A stretch of 64,000 nucleotides of DNA from Okamejei kenojei (GCA_035221665.1 CM069146.1:10230001-10294000); one strand, 5' to 3'; counted from the stretch's first letter, positions 13,441 through 27,727 are shown. The notes: generated by a model from the letters alone, not told the origin. Translations and numbers: made by a program.

Positions 13441-14419
13441 CTTCCCCCACCATTGGTACGGGGCTTTTGCATTTTTCAGCTTGAAATTGTGCAATCTGGT
13501 GCATACTGTAGCGAGTCTTTTAAATTACACTTGAATGCAATATATATGCTTTAAATTGGATTAGCTATGAATAAGGTTAGAGTAAATTACATTCCTAATT
13601 ACACTCCACAGTAGAGCCCAGGCTCTGATCAACAGGTGCAGCATATGACTGATCTTAGTGTATTCATGTATGGACATCAGATTATAATCAAACACGGTCC
13701 ATGTTGACCAACCTGGGTCTCACTGCACACGGGGTACTACGCCTGAGCCTGACTCCAGTTGCATACCTTCTCTCATTCCTGACCCTGAGTCCAGCCTTAC
13801 ACCTGCACCCCCCTCCCCCCTATTCTACCCTGATCATAGCTGCTTATCTGCTTAGGTTCCCAGTGCTGAACACCCCCCTGGTCCCAGCTTTGACTGCACA
13901 CCTAGTACTATCACAGACCTTGACTCTGGATGCACACTTGGCCTTGCTCCTAGCCCCTCTGCACTGACAATATATCTGGCCCACGCATAAAACCCCATAT
14001 CTGACCCCCTGGACTTAACCTATTACGTTCAAGTCCACAGGTGCTTATCTAATGCAGTAATCTTTTATGGGGCACTTCACAGACCAAATTATAACAAAAT
14101 TTGTTACAACCATTGGCTTCCTTGTTATCTAACATGCTAGTTACTTTGTCAAGTTACTTATACTCACTCAGCTGTATGAGTATTCTGTTACCATTTCATT
14201 CATTTTCCTAACAAACTGTCCTGAAGTCATTTTCACCCCAATATTTTAAGTATTTTGCTGTCTTCCTCTCAGCAGGAACATTTTTCCTGCAGTTACAGTA
14301 AGTGAAACTCTAGCAGGCAAGCAGGGTGCTTTCTCCAACCACTCCCATGTGAAGTCCACTATCTTCCACCATTTCTACCCAGTGCCTGGTACTTACTTCC
14401 AGCAGCCACTGGTTGTCCT

Positions 14420-14844
14420 CCAGGACGCACCGAGCCGCAGCCTGATCCACGCCGGTCACCGGGGCGGATTTGGCACCGAGACTCTGAGGGCAGCGGCGCA
14501 ACGCTTCCGACACCTCCGATGGGCCGGGACTCTTGCACTGGGGCTGCTGCATGGCCGGAGCTGCAGCGAGCAACTCGCCAGCCCCGCAAACACTCGCAGC
14601 CCGGCAAACACTCGCCAGCCCCGGCTATCCGCATCTGTCTCCGCTCGCTGCTTCCATCCCGCCCTCAGCCCCGGCTCTCCAACACCCGGGGACCGGACCA
14701 TGCAGTTTATACGAGTTTTGACATTTTCGTTGATCACGGAATTTCTCACGACAGAGCATGAGAGATTTGTGATCAGTGTGAGGGCGTGAGAATTTCCCAA
14801 AATGCGTTATTCGCACGCTCGAAGCGTGAGAGTTGGCAGCCCTG
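14420..14844. mobile_element. Truncated hAT-like DNA transposon end
   Basis: Ends GAGAGTTGGCAGCCCTG (reverse complement CAGGGCTGCCAACT); subterminal GCGTGAG repeats; short tandem CAAACACTCGC(C)AGCCC repeats; no partner TIR seen. Confidence 0.55.
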
Positions 14845-15912
14845 GGTTAAGAAACCCATGAGGGACACAGATAAGACGTTTAACCAGTCTTTTCCCCTAG
14901 GCTAGGGGAGCCTACAATTGGTGAGAGGGACGACAAGATTTAAAAGGGACAACTATTTCACACAGACTGTGGTGGCTACATGGAATGAGCTGTCATTGGA
15001 AGTGGTAGAGGTTGATTTAGTTATAGTATTAAAATACACTTGCGCAGATCAATTGATTGGAATGTTTCATGGTGAAATGGGTCAGATCCAGGCAAATGGA
15101 GCTAGCTTGGTTAGGACATCGATGAGTTGGGCCAAAGAGCTCGTTTCCATGCCGTATGAATTTATTTCCAATGTTGTAGTGTGGCTCACTGACATTTTTG
15201 CCAACATGGTTTAAGTGGAAAACTAGCAATGATGCAGCTGATTAATCATGATCTTGTGCTAAATTCTGCTCACAAAATATAGAAGAAAATTAAAATGATA
15301 TGGAAATCCGAACTGTTCTCACAATCCCTGGAGAGTGATTGTGACAGCAGGCGTAACCAAGCCTGAAGAGCGAGCATTGTAGTTGGAGGTGATAGACTTG
15401 TTTCTAACTCCCAAGTTTTCTGCACCACTTATCAAGGGCAGATACTCAATTGTGTGAGAAATAAATAAATATGGACTTCTAAACTTGGTTTGCTAATGAT
15501 TTTCATGTGTAGTTATGAAGAAACAGTGGAGGCTTAGTTTTGATAAAGAACATCATCCTGAACCGCATTAATATTTAGACACTCATTATATTCATTTAGT
15601 AATATGGCTTCCACTAAATGATACAACAAATATTATGTGAACCAAAACAGTGCAAAACCCCAATAAGATGACAATAGATTTGAGGCGTGCAAATCAGAAT
15701 GCAAGATCGCCTGATGAAGATGTAATTGAACAAAGGCAGTCCCTGAAAGTGGAGATGCTCCAGTTACAGTCTAGACATATTCCCTCTACAGACATGGGAG
15801 GGAAATTAAAGCCTGATCTCTGTGGATAATCAAAAATATGGATTACAATAGAGTGGGATAAAGAACATACATGGTACACAAGCAGGACTCAGACTGATCA
15901 TCTCATAGGAGC

Positions 15913-16030
15913 AGGTCTGAAGAAGGGTCTCGACCTGAAACGTCGCCTATTCCTTCTCTCCATTGATGCTGCCTCGCCCGCTGAGTTTCTCCAGCATTCG
16001 ATGTTTTCAGCATCTGCAGTTCTTTCTTAA
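15913..16030 (+). mobile_element. PLE terminal-repeat fragment with hammerhead core (15917-15944)
   Basis: AGGT-CTGAAGA-AGGGTCTCGACCT-GAAAC-GTC-GCCT; a 4-bp stem I is possible. Confidence 0.75.
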
Positions 16031-18235
16031 ACATGTCATAGGAGCAGTATTAGGCCATTCGGCGGAACAAGTCTACGTTGCCATTCAATCATGGCTGATC
16101 TACCTTTCCCTCTCAACCTCATTCTCCTGCCTTCTCCATATAATCCTTGACACCCTCAGAGTTCAGATGAGAAGGTAAAAAGGATATATAAAGCACAGAG
16201 AGCATGAGACGGGACTGGCAGCAAATGTAAAAGGGAATCCAAAATTAGTCTGTGGGCCTGCAAAGGATTTAATAGCAAAAGCAGAAGTATAGGCATCATA
16301 GACCACAAATATGAATGTCCTCTTGGAAGGAGGGGATGTAGATGAGGTATAAATGGATCAATCTTCACTAAGGAAGAGGATGCTGTTTTAATACAAGCAA
16401 AAGAAGATGTAACTGAGATTTTGAATGAGCTAAAAATTAAGTATGAGAAAAGCAATCTGCATCTAAAGTGGATAAATCACCCGATCGTGATGGGATGGAA
16501 CTCAAGATGCTGCAGGAAATAAGGAAAAAATGCAAAGGGCCTGGACGTAATTTTACAAAAATGCATTGATTCTGAAGTAATCAAAACTGCATTGGAAGTG
16601 GACGAAGAGAGGTTATTGATCTGAAATAATAACACTCATTTTCTTTTCTCAGATTAATCTGCTGGGTATCTCCAGTATTTTTATGTTTTAGGCCCACTGA
16701 CAGTACAAGAGGACTCAAAAATTGCAAATGTTTGTCCATGTATTAACAAAAGGGGCAGGGAGTTTGACCCCAGGGGTCTGGGAACAATATCTCGGGAGAG
16801 TAGGAGGAGTATCCCTTAAGAATAAGGGGCAAGTCATTTAGAACGGAGATGTTGAAACAATTGTTATGAGTCTGCGCAATTCTCTACCTCAGAGGGCTTG
16901 GGAGGCCGGTTCTCTGGATACTTTCAAGAGAGAGCTAGATAGGGCTCTTAAAGATAGCGGAGCCAGGGGATATGCGGAGAAGGCAGGAACGGGGTACTGA
17001 TTGTGGATGATCAGCCGTGATCACACTGAATGGCGGTACTGGCTTGAAGGACCAAATGGTCTTTTCCTGCACCTATTGTCTATTATCTATTGTTCAATAT
17101 GCATGTGTGCAATTGATTGGAAGAAAATCATGGATTTTTTTTTGAAGGCTAATCACATCTAAGTAATTTCCTAGATTTTTTGATGAAGTTACAGAGGGAA
17201 TAGATGAGGGAAATATGATGTGTACGGTCTTCCAAATGGCATTTAATAGCATGCCACATATTAGGCACCAAGACTGAAGCATATAGACCAAAACAGGCTG
17301 TAGTGCCATAGATTCAGAGAGCAGTAATTAAAGATCTGTTTTGCCAGGGTGGAAGGAGATGCACAGTGGTATTCCCCAAGGACTAGGACTCAGAATACTC
17401 GACATTTTGACTTTGAGGTACAGGCATAATTTCCTAAAATTCACCAAAGTAATACTAATGGTAAGATACTTTAATTATGTGAATACACTAGAGCAGCAAT
17501 TCATTCTCCTTAGAACGGAGGGGTTTCAAGAGATCACAAATGGAAAAGTAAAGGGCCTGTCACACTTGGCAATTTTACAGGCATCAGATCAGTGTCCCCA
17601 AAAGACTTTGAACATTTCAAAATCCAGTGATGACAAAAAAAACGTTGCAACAATACCACGCCTCATACGTCATCACGCCCAGTATTTTTCGGTGACCTGA
17701 TACGTCAGTCAATGATGCCAGCAGTCAGTGAAAAAATCGCCACGTGGGACAGGTCCTTAAGAGCAGACGGAGGGATCATAAGGTCATAAGGTCATAAGTG
17801 ATAAGAGTAGAATTAGGCCACTCGGCCCATCGTCTACTCCACCATTCAATCATGGCTGATCTATCTCTCCCTCCAAACCTCATCTCCTGCCTTCTCCCCA
17901 TAACCTCTGACACCTGTACTAATCAAAAATCTATCTAACTTTGCCATAAAAATATCCACTGACTTGGCCTCTACAGCCTTCTGCGGCACAGAATTCCGCA
18001 GATTCACCACCCTTGGATTAAATAAATTTCTATTCATCTTCTTCCAAAAAGAACATCCTTTAATTCTAAGACTATGACCTCTAGTGCTAGACTCTCCCAA
18101 TAGTGTAAACATCCTCTCCACATCCACTCTATCCAAGCCTTTCACTATTCTGTACGTTTCAATGATCCCCCCCTTCATTCTTCTAAACTGGACCGAGGCC
18201 CAGTGCTGACAGATGCTCATCATATGTTAACCTGG
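16030..18235. mobile_element. Cluster of CR1 fragments in both orientations (plus 16780-17092; minus 16030-16155 and 17778-18235; older plus pieces)
   Basis: Repeated HER1 3' ends and RT homology. Confidence 0.8.
17552..17757. mobile_element. PIF/Harbinger-type MITE
   Basis: TIRs AGGGCCTGTCACACTTGGC / GCCACGTGGGACAGGTCCT; TAA TSD on both sides. Confidence 0.85.
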
Positions 18236-21011
18236 GTTAGGGTGGGGGATCATGTTCTATTTGGCAGAGGCAATAATGAGGCGATGTAAAGGAGACTAGC
18301 AAAAGAACCAAAAGAAAATGCAAGGGTTAATATGTTTTTTCACACAGCAAGTCAAAACCTCTTAAGGTTGGGTATTACTGGAGCCAGATTCAATTGCATC
18401 ATTTAAAATGGATTTTTTTAACAAGTGAAAGGAAAGAATTTGTAATCCTGAGGGGAGAGAGCAAGGGCAGGAGACAATACGGATCACTCCAACACTGCTG
18501 GTTATGCACTCAAATGGACCAATTGCCCTCCATTGGCATTGTCATCACTATGTAATTCTGAGACTGGCTTATCTGGAGTTTTATAAGAACCTGAAAGTAC
18601 AAACTTCTTAAGGTCAGGTATTTAAAATCAGAAGGAAATGTTCCCTGAATGTGTTATGTTTAACTGAATCCTAAAACTTCCTTAACAGGAGATTTAGAAT
18701 AGTCAAGCTATATATAGTGGGAAGGTCTAGCCTACCAGTACACATGGATCTCAGTCAGTTTGCGACCATTCTAAATGCCAAGATTATATTCCAACCTTTT
18801 TTAGCTTACAACGTTATTAAAGAATAAAGAACAAAGAATAACTGCAACGTATTAAACCCGGCTCGGACAAAACTCTGAACATTAATACCCCTCCATCTGT
18901 TATTTGCTCTTTATTAATTTATTAATTAATGTGTGTATTTAAGTATACAGCTGTAGTCAATGCCTACTATGTTCGGTTGTGCTATGCAAAGAAAGAATTT
19001 CATTGTCCTGTCAGGGACACATGACAATAAACTCTTTTGACTTTTGACTTTGACTTGACTTGTTTCTAAGGTATTGAAGTGTCGGGAGTACTTTTAAATA
19101 GAAAATAATGAATAATAATCATTGACATACTTTACAGCGATATAGAACACCTCCCTATTTGATGGCAACCTATTGTAAAATCAAATTCACCATCTTGTTC
19201 AGGCCTGCTGTTTTAAAATGCTTCAGCCAAACTGCCCAATGTTGAATCTAAGCTAAGGAATAATAATAATGAGAAATAATTCAGAAATATTTATTGGCAA
19301 CATGCAGCTTTGAGTAATAGCAACATCAGCAGACCTTTAGAGCATTTAGGGGATGATGCACCACAGTGCATCTTTTAATTAAATTTAAATAGAGAAATCT
19401 TGACAATCAAATAATAGGTGATGATTGAGAAAACAATTATACTGGTCCGGAATCACGTTAGTTATACATGTTCAGAGTTATAATAGAAGCACAAGATGTA
19501 TTTGCTTCAAGGTGCATTATGTTTTGGAACACTGAGTAATGTAACTGTTCCACATTCACTTAATATTACTTAATATACAAATAAATGCTGCAAATTGCAC
19601 TTTGTTAATTGTTAAACTAAGTCAGTGGCTTACTCCCAACAATTGTTTGCATATGGGGATTTTTATTCACAGACCACAAGGTAATACCTAGGATGTTTTG
19701 TAAAAACAAGAGTGCAGATGATTTAAATTTCTATCTAATAGTGCTTTCCGTTTCCAATGGTATTTCCAATGCTCATGTCCGTCAATTTTAAGTCCGAAAG
19801 ATTTTAGGCATAAATATTTCATAACATCTAGCTTTATTAACAACAATAATTAGAATCCACATTCTTAAGCCTTTCAGACTGCATCTCTCAAACTTTCTCT
19901 TCCTCTAATTATCTGCAAGCATTTCGAGCCAAACTCCATCTTTGGAACTGCACGTGCTAAAGTTATTGTTTCCACTCTCATGCTCTTTTCAGCCTTGATA
20001 TTGTCCTCTGCCGGTGATTCATCTGGACTTTACCCAAAAAAATAAATTTAAAAGGCTGAGCATCTAATTGAAGAGAGGAAATGTTAACTTGGAAGATTTT
20101 CAACATCTTACCAATCCATCTCATTAATCATGTCAACCTCCATGTGCCCAGTGAGAAAGGATTCCTTGTTCACATTAGTTCCTCTCACATATAGAGTAAT
20201 GGTTTCAAAATAACCCATGTGAGATATTAGAAGACATTAGAAGAATTTAGAAGATAGGAGTCTGTTTGATCCACCACTTATACATTGGTCAAAAAAGCTA
20301 CACAGCTTATTCCCATAATTCAGTGCTCCGGCCATGGCTTTGCAGATCTTGATTTTTCAAGGACGCAATCAAGTACTTAAAAAAAAGTGCTGCGTGCTCC
20401 TGTTTCTGTGACCTTGCAGGTAGTGAGTTCCAGACCTGTGCTACTCACAGGGAAAAGATTGGGTGATGGGGTGGGAGGAATTAGGGTGTGGAGACACTAA
20501 TCCTCATTAAATTTGTTAATTACTTCACATCTACATCACCTAGTTATTTACCCTTTTGCTGAAGAAAAAGGTGCTTCCAATTTATTATAATCAGACCACT
20601 GATATTTTTAACACACATCCATTATGTCTTCCCTCACCAACAACTGTTGCAAAGAAAATAATATTAACTTATCTCACCCTTCCTTCTCATTACAACTTCC
20701 CAATTGTACATATTTTTGTAAACCTCCTTTGCAACCTCTTCAACGCAATCAATTTTTTCCCTGCAATGTGGTGACCAGAGTTGTGTGCTGCACTCAAACT
20801 CTGGCTTAAATGGTGTATATACTTCCAGCAAACTTTCCTGCTCTCAAGTTCATTGCCTTGAGCTCAGAAGTGGACTGTGTTTGCCGAGATACAACATAAA
20901 ATCTTTGGATGCAGTTTTCTCTTCTTTCTCCAACAAGACTCTAATTCTGTTAGGTATCTTTCTGTGTGGCTGCATCAAGATGTGTATAGACCTTAGCGAA
21001 GCAAACACTAA

Positions 21012-21282
21012 TGGGCCTACCCCACTTAGGTGATTTATTTTAGGCGACTGCCAGCGACTAGGACAATGGAATTTCCCGAAGTCAGCCCCGGCGACAACCT
21101 CTGTCACCTGGCGACAACCTACGTAAACCTGGCGACAACCTACGACAGCACCGACATCAACCTATGACAACCTACGATAGCCCAAATTGTCGCCACTGTC
21201 ACTGAAAAATTTTCAACATGTTGAAATTTTTTCGGCAGTCGCCTGTAGTCACCTAAAAAATCGCCTAAGTGGGAGAGGCCCA
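21012..21282. mobile_element. PIF/Harbinger-type MITE
   Basis: TIRs TGGGCCTACCCCACTTAGG / CCTAAGTGGGAGAGGCCCA; TAA TSD; internal palindrome TTTCAACATGTTGAAA. Confidence 0.85.
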
Positions 21283-22544
21283 TAAGTGTCATGGCTTGAT
21301 AGTTACTGGGTGTTGCAAAGAACAGACTCCATTCATTTGCATGGTGCCATACCACCTACCCCTCATTTTAAAAAAAAATCATGCAAAAGGGGATTTCTGA
21401 AGTACAGCTGGAGAATTTTTTTGGGTGACGTTGAAAAAGAAAGTTCAAATTGCACATAATTCTAGTTCTGAAAACGATCCCAAAATTCAGTGAAATATAG
21501 CATTTTCAGCATCTGTAAAACATAGGCAATTTTCAAAAGCAATAAGTAAAAACTTGGCAGTCACAACATAATCAGCCCTACAGTACGCATGAAAAGAGGC
21601 TGCAAGAATGCACTTGAGCATCTGAGGTAAATGTTAAGAGAATCCCAAGAGATTTTTAACCAAAATTCAATTTCCAAAAGGAACTTGGCATTCTATTCAG
21701 GTTAAAAAGCTAAAAAGAGAATGGAGACATCAGCTTGGCTCCCTGTTGATTTAGTTTAAAGAAAGCCTGCAGTGATTTGGTAGCAAAATAAAGGGTTAGA
21801 GCAGAGGAATAATTTCAGCTTAACAGGATCATGATTGCAAATTTTTAGCAGATTTGATGCATTTACCAAGTGCAATATTTTAATTCGTAAGCAGAATGAG
21901 TGGAATTTGCTTTAGTTATTACAATAATAATCTTGCACCCAATTCTGGCACTGGAGAAGATTATTGTCCTTGAAGGACACTTTGTTAATTAGTGTAGCAA
22001 AGGGGGAGGTCTTGGCGTGGGTTGCACCTCTGGCAAAAAGGAGAAGGGAATGAAACAAGAGTGGTCTTGTCTACTTAATTTAACCAGGGACAACTGACCT
22101 GTGATTGACAGTAACATCCAAGTTGTCTCAGTCATTCTGAAAGGGCTTTTTCAGGAGATCTTCGTTCTCTGTTTCAGGCCTCCTCTCTCTACACATTATC
22201 CCCATGTTGACCACTGGGCTGGATTTCTTTGAGTCCACAATCAGGAAATGGCACCTGAAATTAGGCTCCTTGGCGAATGTACAGCATGAATAAAAGCCTG
22301 GATCCTGCCAAACTGCTGTGGCTTTTATCTGTGTAATGGTGCCATCATTTGTGGCATTTGAGCCAAGATGGGAGGCCAAGAGGTCTGCTGATTGCCACTC
22401 TCGGGACTATGGAGTCTCGTGCGCAAGTGTAAACTTCCACTGCTTTAAAAGCCAAAAGCCAAAGAATCCTGGCTGCTGAACTGGTCATGTCCAGCAGTGC
22501 CATTCACTTCAATGGTAAGAAGTAGCTTTGGATAGAAACATGAA

Positions 22545-22846
22545 TTTAGTTTAGTTTTAGTTTAGTTTAGAGATGCAGCGCAGAAGCAGGCCCTTTGGCC
22601 CACCAAGTCCGCACCGACCAGCGATCCCTGCACATGGACCACATTCCTACACGCACTAGGGACAATTTTTAATTTTATACCAAGCCAATTAACCAATGTC
22701 TTTGGCGTGTGGGAGGAAACCGAAGATCTCGGAGAAAACCCACGTGGTCATGGGGAGAAAGTACAAACTCCGTACAGACAGCGCCCGTAGTCAGGATAAA
22801 TCCTGAGTCTCTGACGCTGTAAGGCAGCAACTCTGCCGTGCTGCCC
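22545..22846 (-). mobile_element. HE1-type V-SINE
   Basis: Reverse complement of the 32657 element; other copies at about 2919-3131 (+), 22950-23216 (-), 24224-24432 (-), 25391-25710 (-). Confidence 0.85.
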
Positions 22847-24832
22847 TCTGAAACCTACCCCGAATTCAGTGAAATAAAGCAATTTCTGCATTTTACAAAA
22901 GAGTGTGCGTATTTAGGTAAGTATTAAGAATGTATGTTTTTTAATTGATTGAAAGGCACTGCATGGAAATGGGTCCTGCGATGCGTCGAGTCCATGAAAT
23001 ATAACCATCACTCACCCACATCCATTCCCTACACGGATGGAGTAATTTACAGAGGCCAATTGACTTACAAACCCACACGTCTTTGGGATAGGAGAGGGAA
23101 CAGAAACCTCAGGAAGAAATACTTGGAGAAAATAAGCAAACCCCACCTACAGCATCTGAGGTCAGGATCGAACCAGGTCTCTGGCATTGTGAGGCAGCAT
23201 CTCCACCAGCCACACCACTATAATATCCCCCTATATTTAAATGTATTTCCTTGTTTTAAAAACATATTTTCTACTGTTTTCAAGTATTTGTCATGCCAGG
23301 GAGATTCATAAATATTGAAGCACCTTGATATCGTTGACAGATGGCAATGTGGGGCCTGTTTGCCTTACAAAGCATTTCTGTTGGTGGGAGATGCTGGTTT
23401 TGATTGGAAAGACTCACTCTTGGTAAGATCAGGTCTCAAGAGCAAGAGGATAGGCAAACTCATGTAGCTCACCAGTCAGTGAGGGACCTAACCAATGTCC
23501 ATCTTCACCCAAATCCCCAATCAATCCAATAAACCTATGCAGAGCTTAGAAGCGGATGCATGCAAGCAGAACATAAATGTGATCTGAGGAAAGTGCCTAA
23601 TACACCATATATTCCCGCTTTAAATGTCAGAATTGAAGTATCAAGTCACTAACTAAAAATCATGCATCATGAATACAACAGCCTTGAAGTTCAATAATAC
23701 TGTGTGTTTGTGTGCTGCATGGATGCAAAATCGATTGTGAGACATGATAAGCACTTCCAGTGCAGATTGAGAAATTGAATAGCTGACCTGTTTACGTGAC
23801 ACATACAGAGGTTACCGGGCACGCAGCTGTGATGTCAATGGAAGTGTGTTGCACATTTGTCATCCCTGCTGCACAACTAGAGTGCACATAAACACTGAAT
23901 AAACCGCTTGAGCCTGAACGACAAGAACAGGCTTTTACTTGAGGATGAAGCCCGATCAAGCAGATCAACAGATCAGTCCTTCACTGAACTGCAACCAACA
24001 ATTCCACCACTAGATCCTGCCCCTGAACCGTCACTAATGGACCAGATCTCTCCAGAGTCAAGGTGAAGTGTTCCTCCTTTCATTGCTTGCTTGGTTTTTG
24101 CGGTGAGGGAGATGCATATGGATGTTGTCCAACCATTTTTGATGCTTTACCTGATGTCTTGCTTTGCCACTATAATTGTCCGGAGATTGCACCGTTCTAG
24201 TTTGCACCCCTCTCATACCGTTCTTAGTTTAGTTTAGAGATACAGCGCAGAAACAGACCCTTCGGCCCACCGAGTCCGCGCCGACCAGCGATCCCCGCAC
24301 ACTAACACTATCCTACACACACTAGGGACAATTTACATTTATAGCAAGTGAATTCACCTACAAACCCGTACATCTTTGGAGTGTGGGAGGGAACCGAAGA
24401 TCTCGGAGAAAACCCACGCAGGTCATGGGGAGAGTTTTTGGCATTTGGCATTTATGTTTTGACAATGTAACCAGCCTAGCACTGGAGGCAGAAGCCCCCG
24501 TTGAGATGCACCAAATTAAGAACTCCCAAAATGGTGGGAGATGTTGAGTTCCCATTCTGCACGTGAGAAAACCGCTTCCTTCAGGCCCAGGAAGAAATGT
24601 AAGTGTCCCTTGCACGGTATCATTTTAGCACCTACTTTCACATACAGCACCAACATGTTTAAATACTTGCAAGAGGGAGATGGCAAACGGATATGATAAC
24701 GAAACAGATAAACTAATTGTTACATCTTAACCATATAATTATAATCGCTAATTGTATAGTTTCTAAGGACAGCTTCAGATGTCTCCATATGTTATAAGGC
24801 CCATAAAGGGATTTGCAACTCCTGTTGACGAA

Positions 24833-26294
24833 AAATAAGGTTGACATTTCATACCGACATATAGTTATAAATCTGAAATGTTCATTGCTTCTCTATGTAC
24901 AGATATTGCCTGAGTATTTGCAGCATTTTGAATTCTTAGTTCACATAATGACTTTGCTCCATTGCGACAATATTGTGTCAGAATCTAAGGGTGAAATTTC
25001 CCATTGTGCTTGCATTCAGAGATGTGAAAATCAAATACCAGCAATTATTTGAGCAATTGAGCAATTTATTGGGGTTAGCTTTTAAACAACAGCCATCTCC
25101 AGCAAGATGGGCGATCTGCTCCCTTTTGACAGTCGGTGGCTTTACTGACACCGAGGTCCTCTCTGTAGGCAACCTTGATAAGGTAGCATTGGGCATTCAT
25201 TTTCATTTTGGCCTTCAACCTTCAATGAGCAGAAACAAACTGAACCGCCCAGGTAAACACCAACAAGACCAAGTCTGTGGCTCACCTCAAACTCACCGTC
25301 TAACAATCACAAGCCTTGAAAGTGATGGTATATTGTAGGATGAGTGCAGTTCCAATACCACAGAAACTTAACACTCTACCTAACATCATGTTTAGTTTTG
25401 GTGCTACAGAATGGAAACAGCCCCTTCAGCCCATCAAGTCCACTCCAACCATCGATCATCCAATCCCACTAGTTCTATGTTATCCCACTTTCACATCCAC
25501 TCCCTACACATTAGGGGCAATTTACAGAGGCCAATTAACCAATAAACCTGCACGTCTTTGGGATGTGGGAGGAAATAGGATGTGGGAGGAAACCCAGTCA
25601 GCTACAGGGAGAATGTGCCAACTCCACAAAGATAGCAACCTAGGTCTGGATCGAACCTAGAACTCGGACACTGTGGGGCATCAGTTTTACCTGCTGAGCC
25701 ACTGCCACCATTGTGTATACCTTCACACAAATGTCTACAGAGGCAGAGCAAGGCAGCCTAATGCTGCCTTTTCAAGGGTATTTCACAATGACCAGTAAAT
25801 GCTGACCTTGCTCATAATGCTCACATTACACAAATGTAGACGTACAAATACAATTTCAATTATGGTTTTTTTTATGCAATAATAATTCTTGGCTTAATTT
25901 TACATCCACTTTGAAACAGTTTATGTGGAAAATAAATCACACGAGTGGCTTGGGACAAATCTTTTTATAATATTTTAAGTACCATTGGGGTAAGAATCAA
26001 TAACCAACGGGACAAGAATGAGGAATTTACAAGTAGCATTATCGTAGACCAACGAACATGTTACCTTGATCTTTTATGCCGGTATTTCATATGATTATCT
26101 CATTATTATGAGTGCAAGTACAATGGAAATTTCACCCTTAGATTCTGACGCTATAGTGTTGTAATGGACCAATGTCATTATGTGAAGTAGGAATTAAAAA
26201 TGCTGCAAATATTCAGGCATTATCTCTACAGAGAGAAGCAATTAACATTTCAGATTAATAACTATAAGTCTGATATTAAATGTCAACCTTATTT
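24833..26294. repeat. About 185-bp inverted duplication (24833-25018 vs 26109-26294)
   Basis: For example TCAGAATCTAAGGGTGAAATTTCC vs GGAAATTTCACCCTTAGATTCTGA; colinear over both arms. Confidence 0.9.
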
Positions 26295-26855
26295 ATTGTT
26301 CTAGAAATTCTTCCCGATCTCCTTAGTATTTCCAGTACTTTTTCTTTTATTTCAGATTTCAAGCATCCACATCCTTTTGCTTTTTCAATATCATTATGTG
26401 ATTTGTTTTCACGTTTTCACTCCCTGTTGGTTGTTAATTAATGGTCTAAAATTTGTTGACATGATGTATTCCGTATGGCAGAGTGCTAATTAGACCCCAG
26501 AAGAATGCTGCTTGCCATGTTGGTCAAGGCATCTAAAGCCCTCGGCTGAAACAGGCTTTAGCCCCTTTGCATGCACAATGTAGGAATAAAAACCTGCCTG
26601 TCATAAGCAATATTATTTAATTGCACAGAAATATAATAACGAAATACTTGCTCTCAATTGTCTCTTATTCTTCATTCACCTTCAGTTTGCTTTGCACTGC
26701 ACCACTCTGAATTTTACTGGAAAATGCTTCAAGCTAACTAACTTCTTGTAGTGGAGGTCAATGTGTGTGTGTGTGCCTCAGTCACAAGGAGTTTCTCAAT
26801 TTGCCTTCAGCCTGCATCATTATAGCAAAAAGGAACAAAAGTCTCCAGGGCATAC

Positions 26856-27602
26856 AATAAGTGAGTTCAGTATTCCGAAAAAACGCAAGGAATCATAGGA
26901 TTTGTCAAAGGTCACTGGTTATAAAGAAAAAGCGAACGAAGCACTGGCTACATAAATTCTTATCTTTTTTAATGATTTATGTGTACAAATATATATTTAA
27001 TCTGAGGAATGGGGATGCCAGGTAGTGGGAGTGGGTGTAACAGCGAGAGAGAGGGGGCAGATGTCATGGGAGATAGGGGAGAGCAACGGGCTTGCCAAGC
27101 CGGGGGGGGGGGGTGCTCCAGCCAGGTCCCGCTCCTACTCCTGAGGAATCCATTCCTTTTCTCCGAGGATGGTGCTGGTCCAGCCGAGCCGCCACAGCAC
27201 CCCACGCGCACCCCCACCGACGGTGCCCCGTGTGCGTCCCCACCGCCACCAACCCTCTCCTTCTGAGTCACACCACCCTCCACCGAGGGGCCAAACCGAT
27301 GGCCACTGGACAGGGACAGGGACAGAGGCGTGGGACGACCCCCCCCCCCCCGGGGGCCGGAGTGGACGGGACACCTGGGGGGGGGGGGGGGGACGTGGAC
27401 AGCCCAGCGGTGGCTCGGTGGCGCCCATGGCGCTGGAGTCCCACGCCCGCCCCCGACCCCACGGAGCATCACGAAGCACAACGCACTCACTGAAATGAAG
27501 GTCTCATAACCAAACTTAACACAGCAGAGCCGCAGCCTCAATATTTATCTGTAGTGAGCTATGACCTGGGCATGCACGGTCGGAATACCAAACTCACTTA
27601 TT
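26856..27602. mobile_element. GC-rich non-autonomous DNA transposon with TIRs (superfamily unassigned)
   Basis: AATAAGTGAGTTCAGTATTCCGA vs TCGGAATACCAAACTCACTTATT (21/23 inverted match); GC/CpG-rich interior with long G and C runs. Confidence 0.7.
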
Positions 27603-27727
27603 AATCTTGAAGCCCTTAATCCCTTCTGTTGACCAGGTATACGAATCCTGAAAAGCCTTCAGCATTCTTTATTTTTTAATTTCGACTTGCATCATATTAA
27701 AATACATATGCGGTAAATAAACCCTTA

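Noticed and set aside
14310-14816. Stack of overlapping ORFs up to 146 aa
   Set aside because: GC-rich transposon interior depleted of stop codons; no recognisable domain
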